A stretch of DNA of 55,177 nucleotides, from positions 1-55,177 of IMG/VR virus record IMGVR_UViG_3300043331_000267; one strand, 5' to 3'. Made by a program: the position numbers and the translations under genes. Source of the stretch: a virus. How positions within the stretch are numbered: the first letter of the stretch is position 1; every line of letters begins with the position of its first letter. Shown here piece by piece: positions 17,057 to 25,731 of this stretch. The notes below the pieces were generated by a model that was not told where the DNA came from, did not search any database, and saw only the letters and a program-made list of their open reading frames with translations.

Positions 17057-17069
17057 ATCGAGATCTCCT

Positions 17070-17099
17070 CAAAAGAAAAGCGCCGTGTCAGTCCGGCGC
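17070..17099 (-). terminator. Intrinsic terminator just after the coat gene
   Basis: On the minus strand: GCGCCG-8 nt loop-CGGCGC followed by TTTTCTTTTG, 13 nt after the coat stop. Confidence 0.7.
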
Positions 17100-17111
17100 A
17101 GAGTTGATGAC

Positions 17112-18329
17112 TTATCCGTCTGCGTGAATGCGGGACGCCAACTGCGGATACTGCGCGACGTAGCCGAAGATGATGTCCAACCGGCACGGGAACTGATCGT
17201 TGTTGATGTCGTAAGCACGCACGATGCGCATGCTCACACCGTCATAGACCTCACGTGCCGCAAAGTCGACACCGGTCGGCATGATCAGATCCGCAGTCGC
17301 CACGGTGAACGCCGACTTGTGATACGTCAGAGATCCATTCAACCGCTCACCATTGCCCGCACCCACCTTGGTGATCGCGCCAGTATCGGTCGGCGAAGCA
17401 GACACGTTTTGAAGCGCGCCGCTCGTAACAATCGCAGGAGAGATGGCCAGTGTGGTTGCGTTCGCACCGCTGTTCGCAGTGATGACGAACTGCTGCGGTA
17501 CGCCCGTGTCCACCTTAGTTTCCGGATGCACGCGATTGCATCCTGCAATCGTGATGACATCACCGGCCAGGAAGGTTGTCGTGCCGGTGTTCACAGTCAG
17601 GCTCGCGCCGGTCTGGTTCGCGCCGTTGACGTTGTACAGCGTATCGCCCTTGACGGCCGTCCCGGTGACGTGATCGGTCACGTGGGTGCTCGACATGAAG
17701 TCGAAGCCCTGCGTACGTCCCATAACACCCTCGCGATACTGCTGCTCGATCTGAGTGGACTGATGGAACAGGCCCTTCAGTGCATCGACCAGCTTGACCT
17801 CGTGGGTGGTGGACAACAGAGCGCTGCGCTGACCATCGTCAGGCGCCAGATTGTCCTGCAGCTTCTGCCGGCCGAGACCGAACGACAGCAACGACACCGC
17901 CGTCGCATCCTGATCGACGAGGTTGTAGACCTGCTTCGTCAACCCAGTCAGACACGTTGCTTCCATATAGGAGGCAACCGTAGCCATCGCAGGTTCGATG
18001 ATGCGCTTGGAGAAGTCTTCCAGGTCGAGCGTCAGTTCTTTTGATGTGAAGTTCATGTCCACGCCGGCCTGATTCGTCACTTCCAGTGTGACGGACTGCT
18101 CCTGCGTGTCCTGCGCTGACATCGTACGACCGGTACGAATCACATACCGATTCGGCAGCCGGATGCGCAGAGAACTGCCGTTTCGTGAGCCCTCGCGAGC
18201 TCGAGCGCCGCCCTCCTTGAATGAATCGTCATACTGCTTGTCGACGCTACCGAGGAACGTTGCTTTCTGATGCAGAATCCGCAGCGCTTCGCGCAGGATC
18301 ACATCAGAGGTGAGAATGGTCTGAGTCAT
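17112..18329 (-). CDS. Major capsid protein, P22 coat (gp5) family
   Basis: 405 aa with SD AGGAG. The C-terminal end (FPCRLDIIFGYVAQYPQLASRI) parallels the P22 coat end (CRIALWYGVNATRPEAIGV). Follows the scaffold gene. Confidence 0.85.
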   Translation of the reverse strand: MTQTILTSDVILREALRILHQKATFLGSVDKQYDDSFKEGGARAREGSRNGSSLRIRLPNRYVIRTGRTMSAQDTQEQSVTLEVTNQAGVDMNFTSKELTLDLEDFSKRIIEPAMATVASYMEATCLTGLTKQVYNLVDQDATAVSLLSFGLGRQKLQDNLAPDDGQRSALLSTTHEVKLVDALKGLFHQSTQIEQQYREGVMGRTQGFDFMSSTHVTDHVTGTAVKGDTLYNVNGANQTGASLTVNTGTTTFLAGDVITIAGCNRVHPETKVDTGVPQQFVITANSGANATTLAISPAIVTSGALQNVSASPTDTGAITKVGAGNGERLNGSLTYHKSAFTVATADLIMPTGVDFAAREVYDGVSMRIVRAYDINNDQFPCRLDIIFGYVAQYPQLASRIHADG

Positions 18330-18358
18330 GTACAGCTCCTAGAAGCTGCGCATGCCCT

Positions 18359-19228
18359 CTACCGAGCAGTGCGTTTTTCGCGAATCTGCTTGGTACGCCA
18401 GGTCATCCAATCGCTGATGGACATCTTCGACGGATCAACTTCTCCGCCTTGCCCACCACCGATCGGCGTCGGCGGGGCCGGCGCAGCGGTGACTTTCGGG
18501 GGAGGAGCTGGACGCGAGAGTTCGGCTTCAATACGGCCGAGTTCGGCGAGGCGCTGAGGAACCGATTTGCCCGCCAGTTTCGCCACGAGTTGCGGCGACT
18601 TGGCGATGTGAAACGCAATCTGCGGACCCATCTCGCTGCCTTTGACGGCGTCGAGAAAGTCACCGTTGAAGAACGTCAACGCGGGATTTCGAATCGCGTC
18701 CCAGTAGCCCGGATTTTTCTCCGCGAACTCCTGTTGACGCAACCCGAAGCCATCGTTGAGCGCTTTGAGGCGCTGCTCTTCCGCGGCTTTCGCAAGTTTC
18801 CTTTCGGCGGCAGTCTCAGCATCTTTCTGCGCCTTCTCTGCGATCGTCAGGATGCGTTTCTCGGCCCGCTTGTCATACCAGGCGGTGTATGCCTTGGTGT
18901 ACTGCTTCGGGTCGTCGAACTCATCAGGATCAGGCTCTGGGTCAGGTGTTTCCTGAACCGGAGCCGGAGCGGGTGCAGCCGTTTGCTGTTTCTGCAGTTC
19001 CTCGAATCGCTGACGGTAGAACTCGCCGTACTCTTGTGCGGCCTTAGCTCGTGCGCTCAGTTCCTCGATTCGCTCCTGGGCCCGGCTGGGCCTTGCGCCG
19101 TCTGGAGCGTCGGCGATTGCGCCACCTGTCGGAGTGGCACCCGAAGTCACCTGATCGGAAGCTGGGGAAGCTGCCGCGGCCGGTGTGGCCGTGCCCTCTT
19201 GCGCTGGGGCGAGCGATTCGTCGGACAT
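18359..19228 (-). CDS. Scaffolding protein
   Basis: 289 aa, Ala/Glu/Lys/Pro-rich and helical, immediately upstream of the coat gene. Confidence 0.7.
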   Translation of the reverse strand: MSDESLAPAQEGTATPAAAASPASDQVTSGATPTGGAIADAPDGARPSRAQERIEELSARAKAAQEYGEFYRQRFEELQKQQTAAPAPAPVQETPDPEPDPDEFDDPKQYTKAYTAWYDKRAEKRILTIAEKAQKDAETAAERKLAKAAEEQRLKALNDGFGLRQQEFAEKNPGYWDAIRNPALTFFNGDFLDAVKGSEMGPQIAFHIAKSPQLVAKLAGKSVPQRLAELGRIEAELSRPAPPPKVTAAPAPPTPIGGGQGGEVDPSKMSISDWMTWRTKQIREKRTAR

Positions 19229-19294
19229 AGATTACTCAAGTGATGCACTGAACGCCAGTGCGGGCGGAATTTGGTTGCTGCTCACTGGCAGCTA

Positions 19295-19323
19295 GAAAAC
19301 AAAAACCCGCCACTTGGGCGGGT
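19295..19323 (-). terminator. Strong intrinsic terminator between the peptidase and scaffold genes
   Basis: On the minus strand: ACCCGCC-caagt-GGCGGGT followed by TTTTTGTTTTC. Confidence 0.75.
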
Positions 19324-19348
19324 CTGTTGGTTCGATGATGTGGACTTG

Positions 19349-19816
19349 CTAAGCGCGCTTGATCTGCTTCCACTGGATCACATCGCCTGGAACCAGTTCG
19401 AAGGCGTCAACACCCAGTCCGCACGTGTGCACGTGCTTGCTCGCGATCTCCACGGCGCGTCGCGCATCGGCGCCCATGGCCAATGCCCCCAGTGCAACCT
19501 CGCGGCCCGATCCCCATGCGCCATAGGCGTCCTCACAGGGTTGAGGCTCGGGAACCTTCTCGTAGAACACGACGCCGGAACTGCTCGCAACCACTAGCCG
19601 CGTCCAATCGTCCGTTTTCTGGAATGCGGGGTACTTGTCCTTGTCGGCACCAGCAAGGTACCACTCAAGCAATGCGATCCCTTCACCGAGACCGCCGCAC
19701 CATGCGAACACCTTGTCGTCAACGCGACGGATCTTCGTGCATGTGACGGCAGTGTCGCCGCAGCAGGCCATCTTGTCGGCGGCAAGCGTGTGGCCGTCCC
19801 AGGCAATTATCGTCAT
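19349..19816 (-). CDS. HslV / proteasome-beta-like Ntn peptidase (candidate prohead protease)
   Basis: 155 aa. MTIIAWDG places Thr2 as the nucleophile. TKIRRV matches the HslV K33 motif (KKVRRL), and AWGSGREVALGA matches the GSG motif. Confidence 0.65.
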   Translation of the reverse strand: MTIIAWDGHTLAADKMACCGDTAVTCTKIRRVDDKVFAWCGGLGEGIALLEWYLAGADKDKYPAFQKTDDWTRLVVASSSGVVFYEKVPEPQPCEDAYGAWGSGREVALGALAMGADARRAVEIASKHVHTCGLGVDAFELVPGDVIQWKQIKRA

Positions 19817-20175
19817 GCTCGGCGCTTCTTCTCGCTTTCCAGCGCCTCGTTGAACGCCTCGCGCCGCAGTTCGTTGCGTTCCTTCGCCGTCACAGGCTCG
19901 GCACTCTCGACACCCATCTCCTGCAACTGAATCTCGACGTTGCGGCTATCGTTGTTCTTGCTCTCGTGCTGGCTGACTGAGGTGATAACGCCCATCGCGT
20001 GAACCATCACCTTGGCGCCCACCTTCGGCAGCTTGGACATGCCCAGTTTGTCGAGCGAGCCGCTGTCGAGCCTGAGCGTCAAACCGTAGGGGTATTCCGG
20101 TGAATCCGCAGCGACGGCCGTAGGCGCCATTTCCTTCTTCTGCGCCTTGGTCATCTTTAGATCCGCCATCTTCAT
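19813..20175 (-). CDS. Head-morphogenesis-module protein (120 aa), function unknown
   Basis: ATGA-coupled on both sides. Contains YPYGLTLRLDSGSLDKLG...VEIQLQEMGV and a Lys/Glu-rich C-terminal tail. Confidence 0.6.
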   Translation of the reverse strand: MKMADLKMTKAQKKEMAPTAVAADSPEYPYGLTLRLDSGSLDKLGMSKLPKVGAKVMVHAMGVITSVSQHESKNNDSRNVEIQLQEMGVESAEPVTAKERNELRREAFNEALESEKKRRA

Positions 20176-20318
20176 CGAGATGTCCTCGGCTTGCGGCCTT
20201 TGTTCTCAGCCTCTACACGCTTGGCGAAGTCAGCGCGCATCGCCTCACGGCGCTCGCGAGGGGACATCGGCTGCATTGGCGTCGGCGACTTCGGTTGGGC
20301 GTACTTCTTCGATTTCAT
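20172..20318 (-). CDS. Basic 48-aa protein (below the track cutoff)
   Basis: ATGA overlap with the portal stop and with the next start. Translates to MKSKKYAQPKSPTPMQPMSPRERRE... Confidence 0.45.
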   Translation of the reverse strand: MKSKKYAQPKSPTPMQPMSPRERREAMRADFAKRVEAENKGRKPRTSR

Positions 20319-22366
20319 TGCTGCATCACCTGCTGGCTTTCTCGCATGTACTTCATGAGCCCCATCTTGCCCGTCCGCTGATCGATTCCGACCTCACCCG
20401 ACTTAATCAAGTTGTCCAACTGCACGCTGATCGTGTCCTGGATGAGCTTCTGCAACTGCTGCGGTTTCATCTGAGCGTCGATCGCGGCATTGGCCGTGTC
20501 GATCTGCGCCTTCTGAGCCTGAGCCTGGGATCGCTGCGCATCGGCTCCCAGCTTCGCCAACAGCGCCTGCTGCGTCGGATCGGGCGGCGGCGGGCCTTGC
20601 GGCAGCATGGCCTTTTCGTCTTCCGTCAGCTGATCCGGCGGGATGACACCCTGCTGGATGAGCGGAATACGCAAACGACGCTCGAGTTCGTCCGCACCCT
20701 GGAAATCCAGCGACTTGGCGATCAGGTCGGACGCGATCTGCTTCACCGGCTCCGAGGTGGACGCGAACTTCAGCAGGAAGTCTGCCGCTTGCTGGCGCTG
20801 CGTGGTGTAGGCCGGCCCCACATCCACCGTCACGTCATATCGCCCCTGTGACAGATCGTTGATGAGCTTGCCATCCGGTCCCGTCTGGTTGATGGTCTCG
20901 AACGCCTCTTTTCCATCAATCCCCAGGATTCGTACCACGCGCTCACCGTCGTATACCTTCGGGATCATGTCCACCAGGATCTCGCCGGTGTACTTGATCG
21001 ATTCGGCGAGGTTATCGATGAACTCGTACGAGCTGACATCGCCTTCCGTGTTTCGCTGGCGGATCGCGCCGGGCAACTCACCCGCGGTTGGCTCGCCGAG
21101 ACTTGGCCCGAACTTGCCGGTGGACGCCTTGATGTCGTCGGCCGCCTGAGCGCTAAGCGCGATAAGCGCCTGCGGAATATCCGGCATGGACTCGCGCGAC
21201 GGCTTGCCACCATTCGGCAGCTTTGCGTCGGCGTTGAAGTACAGGAACAGCGGATTCTTGGCGTTCGCCTCGCGCCACTGGTTCTCGAAGCCCTTGATCT
21301 GGCCCGGTGTGATGATGTACGGCGAACGCGGCACCATCGCCACCGCTTCGATTTCCGCCGTCCGGGCACCGTTATAAGCCCGCTGCGGGTCCTTGGCCTT
21401 GCGCACCAGCCCGCGGTACTTGCGCTTGCCCTCGATGTTCGTGACGCGGCCGTAGATCGGCACGATGGGAATGTACTTCCACTCGTAGTCAATCGGGCCT
21501 TCGATCACACCCGCGCCGGAGAGCTTCCACCAGCGCACATAGGTCGAGTCGGACTCGCGCTTGCGGAGCACGCGGATCGGCTTGATGCCAGAGCCCGGCG
21601 GCGGATCGCGCAACTCTTCCTCAATCGCCTTGATCGTGTCGTAGTCGATGACACGACCGTCGTCCAGCAGCGCAATCGTCTTCTTCCGACGCATGCGCTT
21701 GTAGAACTCGGCAACGCGCACTTCCTTATCATTCACCCAGTCGTGATCGTGCTGAGACAGATCCAGATCAGACGCTGGGAAATCCGGGTACTGCTTGTCG
21801 TACGCGCCCTTGTCGATGCGCTCGGTGATCAGCGCCCACTCGGCGTCGCGCTTCAAAAAATCCTTGGCCGATGGATCGAAATGCACCGTAAACGGGTTCT
21901 CGATGCGCCCAATGCACAGTTCCTGGTCGAAGCTATCCTCAACATACTTCGGGTATACACGCCACGCCCCGAACCCGCCCTTGAGCGCGAAGTCGAAGCC
22001 GGTGTTATATGCAGTCTTAGCCGATGAATTGCGCTCGATCGCGCGGATCAGGCCCTCGAATATCGTCGCCTTCGCCCGATCCGACTTGTTGTCGATCGGC
22101 AGCACCTTGATCTGCGGCGTATTCTGGCGTTGATCGCCCTTGACCTGATCGATGCTGCCCGACGTGCGATCGAACGTGTAGCACGGACGCGATCCACGAT
22201 TCTTGCGCGTCTCACGATCCCACTGCGCGCCCTCTTCGTCGACGAACCGAATGTCATCAAGCGCGAGCTCGCGATTCTCTGACTCAGCCGACACCGACCG
22301 GCGATAGCATTCCTTGACCTCGCCGAGCAGCGCCTGCTCTTTCTCAGCGTTCGTGGGGCGCGGCAT
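20315..22366 (-). CDS. Portal protein (P22 gp1-like)
   Basis: 683 aa. The N-terminal pattern (DDIRFVDEEGAQWD...QNTPQIKVLP...KGGFGAWRV) parallels the P22 portal. Follows terL. Confidence 0.85.
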   Translation of the reverse strand: MPRPTNAEKEQALLGEVKECYRRSVSAESENRELALDDIRFVDEEGAQWDRETRKNRGSRPCYTFDRTSGSIDQVKGDQRQNTPQIKVLPIDNKSDRAKATIFEGLIRAIERNSSAKTAYNTGFDFALKGGFGAWRVYPKYVEDSFDQELCIGRIENPFTVHFDPSAKDFLKRDAEWALITERIDKGAYDKQYPDFPASDLDLSQHDHDWVNDKEVRVAEFYKRMRRKKTIALLDDGRVIDYDTIKAIEEELRDPPPGSGIKPIRVLRKRESDSTYVRWWKLSGAGVIEGPIDYEWKYIPIVPIYGRVTNIEGKRKYRGLVRKAKDPQRAYNGARTAEIEAVAMVPRSPYIITPGQIKGFENQWREANAKNPLFLYFNADAKLPNGGKPSRESMPDIPQALIALSAQAADDIKASTGKFGPSLGEPTAGELPGAIRQRNTEGDVSSYEFIDNLAESIKYTGEILVDMIPKVYDGERVVRILGIDGKEAFETINQTGPDGKLINDLSQGRYDVTVDVGPAYTTQRQQAADFLLKFASTSEPVKQIASDLIAKSLDFQGADELERRLRIPLIQQGVIPPDQLTEDEKAMLPQGPPPPDPTQQALLAKLGADAQRSQAQAQKAQIDTANAAIDAQMKPQQLQKLIQDTISVQLDNLIKSGEVGIDQRTGKMGLMKYMRESQQVMQQ

Positions 22367-22367
22367 G

Positions 22368-23804
22368 TTAGGCGAAGTCGCTCACGTTGCTGAAGTCGCC
22401 ATGAATGCGGTGAGCAACGGCCACATGCGCCTCATCGATCACACGGCCCATCATTCCACACATATCCACGTCGTCATCCTGTTTGGCTCCTGGAAACGCA
22501 AGCATCTGGTGCAGTATTCGATGACCGGTCTCGTTATCGGGCAGATGCACCTTACCCATGGACGCGCGCCCCTGGAGCGCCCGAGCACGAGCTGGCTTGT
22601 CTGTTATCGACGCCACCCACTCGACGCGAACATTGCAGTTACGCTCATCCATACGCTTTATCAGGAACGGCTCCACCGCTCGCCGGATCACACCAGCCTC
22701 GCCAAAGAACGCTTCCGGTGAGTGCGTCAGCATCAGATTGCAACACTCATCGATCCAGATATCCGGCGTGGTCTGACCGCCCCAGTAATCGAGCGCAAGA
22801 TACAAGTCGCCGTCCTGATCCCAGCCGTGCACGCCAAGCGAGGTGTAATCACCCGCGGCTGCGGTCACTGCAAAGTCAGACGTCATCCACTTGCTGAGAT
22901 CGCCGGTTAGTTTCTTCGGGTCGTACCAATTCGGCTCGAACCACTCGCGGCGAAAGTACGTTCCTTCCTCTGGCGCTGGATTCTGTTGGTACAAAGCGGA
23001 CCACTGCATCGGTGTTGAATTAGCCTTGATTCGCTCAAGCGCTGCACGGTCATACCGCTCAGGCCAAGGTGGATCATCCAGGTGTGCCGGGAGCGAAACG
23101 ATTTCCCATTGATCGCCACCGGCCTTCATGCGTTCAATCAGCCGGCCAGCAATATCGTCTTCGTGCATGCGGTGCTGGATCAGGATGATCGCGCCACCCG
23201 GTCGCACCCGGTTGTACAGTGTGCCCTGATACCAGTCCCAGACCCGATCACGGGACGACTTGCTCTGCGCGTCTTCCCACGTAGCGAACGGATCATCGAT
23301 CAACGCCAACTCGCCGCCTCGGCCCATCAGCGCGCCGCCCATACCGACCGCGTAGTAGCCGCCGCCGTGCTCCGTGTTCCAGCGGCCTTTTGCTTGCGAA
23401 TCTTCGGCCAGTCGTGTCTCTGGAAACAGCTTCTGGTATTCCATAGAGGCGATGCAGTTGCGCACATCGCGGCCGAACTCTTCCGCCAGCTGTGCCGTCG
23501 CACTCGCTGATATCACTTCACGCTGCGGGTTCTTGCCCAGCAGGTAGGCCGGATACCGTCTCGATGCCGCCGTGCTCTTACCGTGCTGGGGCGGACACAA
23601 CAGCATGAGCCGGTCGATCTCTCGGCGATCAACCCTATCCAGCTGCTCGCATATGACCCGGTGAATCTTGCCAGCCTGCCATCCGAGCGTCGTGTACTCA
23701 GTGAACGCTTGAAGGTTCCGGCGTGCTATCCGTCGCCTCAACAGTTCCTGTGCTGCGTCCTGTGGCGATAGCTGCAAGTTCTTCGTCGCTAAGTTCGCTG
23801 ACAT
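22368..23804 (-). CDS. terL: Terminase large subunit
   Basis: Walker-A-like CPPQHGKS and a nuclease half with acidic motifs. The track start is TTG 23834, ATG 23804 is chosen here, and either start overlaps terS by more than 100 nt. Confidence 0.85.
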   Translation of the reverse strand: MSANLATKNLQLSPQDAAQELLRRRIARRNLQAFTEYTTLGWQAGKIHRVICEQLDRVDRREIDRLMLLCPPQHGKSTAASRRYPAYLLGKNPQREVISASATAQLAEEFGRDVRNCIASMEYQKLFPETRLAEDSQAKGRWNTEHGGGYYAVGMGGALMGRGGELALIDDPFATWEDAQSKSSRDRVWDWYQGTLYNRVRPGGAIILIQHRMHEDDIAGRLIERMKAGGDQWEIVSLPAHLDDPPWPERYDRAALERIKANSTPMQWSALYQQNPAPEEGTYFRREWFEPNWYDPKKLTGDLSKWMTSDFAVTAAAGDYTSLGVHGWDQDGDLYLALDYWGGQTTPDIWIDECCNLMLTHSPEAFFGEAGVIRRAVEPFLIKRMDERNCNVRVEWVASITDKPARARALQGRASMGKVHLPDNETGHRILHQMLAFPGAKQDDDVDMCGMMGRVIDEAHVAVAHRIHGDFSNVSDFA

Positions 23805-24222
23805 GCCGATGCTTGATGGACCCTGAGTGCTCAACTGCCTTCACGTCCCGCCACTGATCCGGGCGCCTATTCTTCAGCCAGAAGATGCCGGCTGTCGTGT
23901 CTGGCGGGTAATGCTCAACGTACGGCACAACGACAGGCTCGCCGTTGTTCTGGAGGATCTTCACGGCATCGTGCGAGTACCCCAGCGCGCGCTGGTACAG
24001 AGATTTCTCAACACGATCGTCCGCCGCAGCCTTGCCAAGCTTTAGCGCCATGAAAAATTCTGGGTATTCGGCTGACCAATTCCTAAGCGTCGTTTCATGA
24101 ACGCCAAAGAATTCAGCCACTTCCCTATCAGTACACCCCTGCTCGAAGAGCTTCCTGGCTTTTTCAGGGTATTCGGGGTCGTACTTGGTTGGTCTACCGG
24201 CTTTGTTGGGCGCCTCAGCCAT
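23698..24222 (-). CDS. terS: Terminase small subunit (HTH type)
   Basis: 174 aa. GRPTKYDPEYPEKARKL...GCTDREVAEFFGVHETTLRNW is a typical terS N-terminal HTH. Lies directly upstream of terL. Confidence 0.8.
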   Translation of the reverse strand: MAEAPNKAGRPTKYDPEYPEKARKLFEQGCTDREVAEFFGVHETTLRNWSAEYPEFFMALKLGKAAADDRVEKSLYQRALGYSHDAVKILQNNGEPVVVPYVEHYPPDTTAGIFWLKNRRPDQWRDVKAVEHSGSIKHRHVSELSDEELAAIATGRSTGTVEATDSTPEPSSVH

Positions 24223-24496
24223 TTATCCCAACTCCGTGAAGTCTCGTGTCTTCCACCCATTCCATCCGGAAGCCGTACCAGCCATGCCATCGAAGCACTA
24301 ACTGGCACCACACCTCACGATCCTTGTCGATGACATAGTGATAGCCAAAAGACGGCAGCCTGATGACTAGCAGAATCGCCTCGTAGCACTGACGCCGGGT
24401 TGCTTCCGGCAGGATGGCTGGATACTCAATGATCCCAATCCATAGCCACGACTTCGGCAGCGCGTTGCCGGCTTGGATACGCGGCAGCAGTTTCAA
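24215..24496 (-). CDS. Hypothetical protein (93 aa), late leader block
   Basis: Overlap-coupled to terS (8 nt) and to the upstream gene (4 nt). Confidence 0.55.
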   Translation of the reverse strand: MKLLPRIQAGNALPKSWLWIGIIEYPAILPEATRRQCYEAILLVIRLPSFGYHYVIDKDREVWCQLVLRWHGWYGFRMEWVEDTRLHGVGING

Positions 24497-24678
24497 TTCG
24501 GCACCTCAACCCGCTGCTTGCTCACGATGCTCTGCCGGATGTCGACAAGCTGCTGCTTGGCATGCAGTTCGCGGATCAACTCGGACATGCTGATGCCCAG
24601 CGTGCCGCACATCTCCTCAAGCATCGCGTAGCTTTGGTCGATGACGTAGGCGTAGCGGTCGTCTTGCTTGGCGGTCAT
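24493..24678 (-). CDS. Hypothetical protein (61 aa), late leader block
   Basis: ATG 24678 sits in an ATGA overlap. The Arg-rich extension back to 24777 in the track ORF is rejected. Confidence 0.5.
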   Translation of the reverse strand: MTAKQDDRYAYVIDQSYAMLEEMCGTLGISMSELIRELHAKQQLVDIRQSIVSKQRVEVPN

Positions 24679-25037
24679 TGGATGCCCTGGATATTCTCGA
24701 TGTCGAACTCGATCGTCTTGCGGATCGGCCCGTCTGCGTCGGCGGCCTCGGCCACGAACTGACGGCGCTCGACACACATCCCGTTGCGAATGGCATTCTG
24801 GGAACTCGAGATAACGACGTTGACCGATGTGGCCGGCGTGAGGCTGGTCCAGTCCACGATAGCCGTGCCCTGGCTCAAATCGTCCAGGCGCCAGCGCATC
24901 GAGGTTGGGATCGTGGCGGCCAAGTCAGCGCTCAACGGGCGCAGCGTGATGCGCAAGGCCGATCCCTCGACGATCCGCGGTATCACGGCCTCGCCTACTG
25001 CGGGACCGAGCAACTGGACATCCAAACGCCCGAGCAT
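24675..25037 (-). CDS. Beta-rich protein (120 aa), late leader block
   Basis: Coupled to its neighbours. Sandwich-like sequence (MRWRLDDLSQGTAIVDWTSL...IEFDIENI). Confidence 0.6.
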   Translation of the reverse strand: MLGRLDVQLLGPAVGEAVIPRIVEGSALRITLRPLSADLAATIPTSMRWRLDDLSQGTAIVDWTSLTPATSVNVVISSSQNAIRNGMCVERRQFVAEAADADGPIRKTIEFDIENIQGIQ

Positions 25038-25297
25038 CAGCGCAGCAGCACGATGCTGGTGGCCGTGGTGCCGGTGCTCAGCACCTTGTCCACGCAGATG
25101 GAAATCATGGTGCCAGCCTGCACACCAACGAACGTTGGCGTGCTCTCATCGCCGGCCATCCGTACCGCGAGATTGCCCGCGCCGCCGACCCATACTGCCC
25201 GGCCGGGCGGGTCAAACACTGTCGTATCCGAAGCCGTCACACTGATGCTACCCGCCGCTGGACTGACTTCTCGACTGACCTTGGGGTTTCCGCTCAT
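25037..25297 (-). CDS. Small beta-rich protein (86 aa), late leader block
   Basis: Contains RAVWVGGAGNLAVRMAGDESTPTFVGVQAGTMISICVDKVLSTGTTATSIVLL. Coupled to its neighbours. Confidence 0.6.
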   Translation of the reverse strand: MSGNPKVSREVSPAAGSISVTASDTTVFDPPGRAVWVGGAGNLAVRMAGDESTPTFVGVQAGTMISICVDKVLSTGTTATSIVLLR

Positions 25298-25728
25298 AGT
25301 CCGAGTCCTAGTCCAACTGAGATTTTGTTCATGCCATATACCGCGTGAGGCTCTGACTGAGTTGTGATCGAGAACGTATCCGACACACCGCCGATCGTGA
25401 CTTCGACATCCACTGCGGTGAGGTACGATCCAGAGGACGTTCCTCGAGCTCGTACCGTATCACCGTTACTGACTGTGCCCTCGGTGCTGACGAAAGTACC
25501 CGAACCGTTGATGTCGTACGTGCCGCCCGTGATGGTGATGGCTGCTGCCGCATCGATGTCGGTGACCGTAATGGGGGCCGAGGTGTAGACCGTCGACAGT
25601 GCAGCGCCGCTGATGTCCGTGAACGAGAACGCATCGGGCGTGGTGTCGCTCGCTGCGGCCTGTGACCATATGGCGGTATTCCATATGGCTTCGTTCCAAA
25701 TCTCGCCCCAGATGGCGCCGATGGCCAT
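25294..25728 (-). CDS. Ig-like-domain protein with Trp-repeat N-terminus (144 aa)
   Basis: Contains AIWGEIWNEAIWNTAIW, then PDAFSFTDISGAALSTVYTSAPITVTDID...TIGGVSDTFSITT. Confidence 0.6.
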   Translation of the reverse strand: MAIGAIWGEIWNEAIWNTAIWSQAAASDTTPDAFSFTDISGAALSTVYTSAPITVTDIDAAAAITITGGTYDINGSGTFVSTEGTVSNGDTVRARGTSSGSYLTAVDVEVTIGGVSDTFSITTQSEPHAVYGMNKISVGLGLGL

Positions 25729-25731
25729 GGC

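Noticed and set aside
17085-18044. Long plus-strand ORFs opposite the structural genes (for example 17085..18044, 18449..19243, 20147..20851, 9670..10362, 10897..11706, 24678..25367, 26173..26874)
   Set aside because: These are typical high-GC antisense shadows. They are Arg/Leu/His-rich with no recognisable motifs, and the opposite strand carries strongly supported genes with coupled starts.
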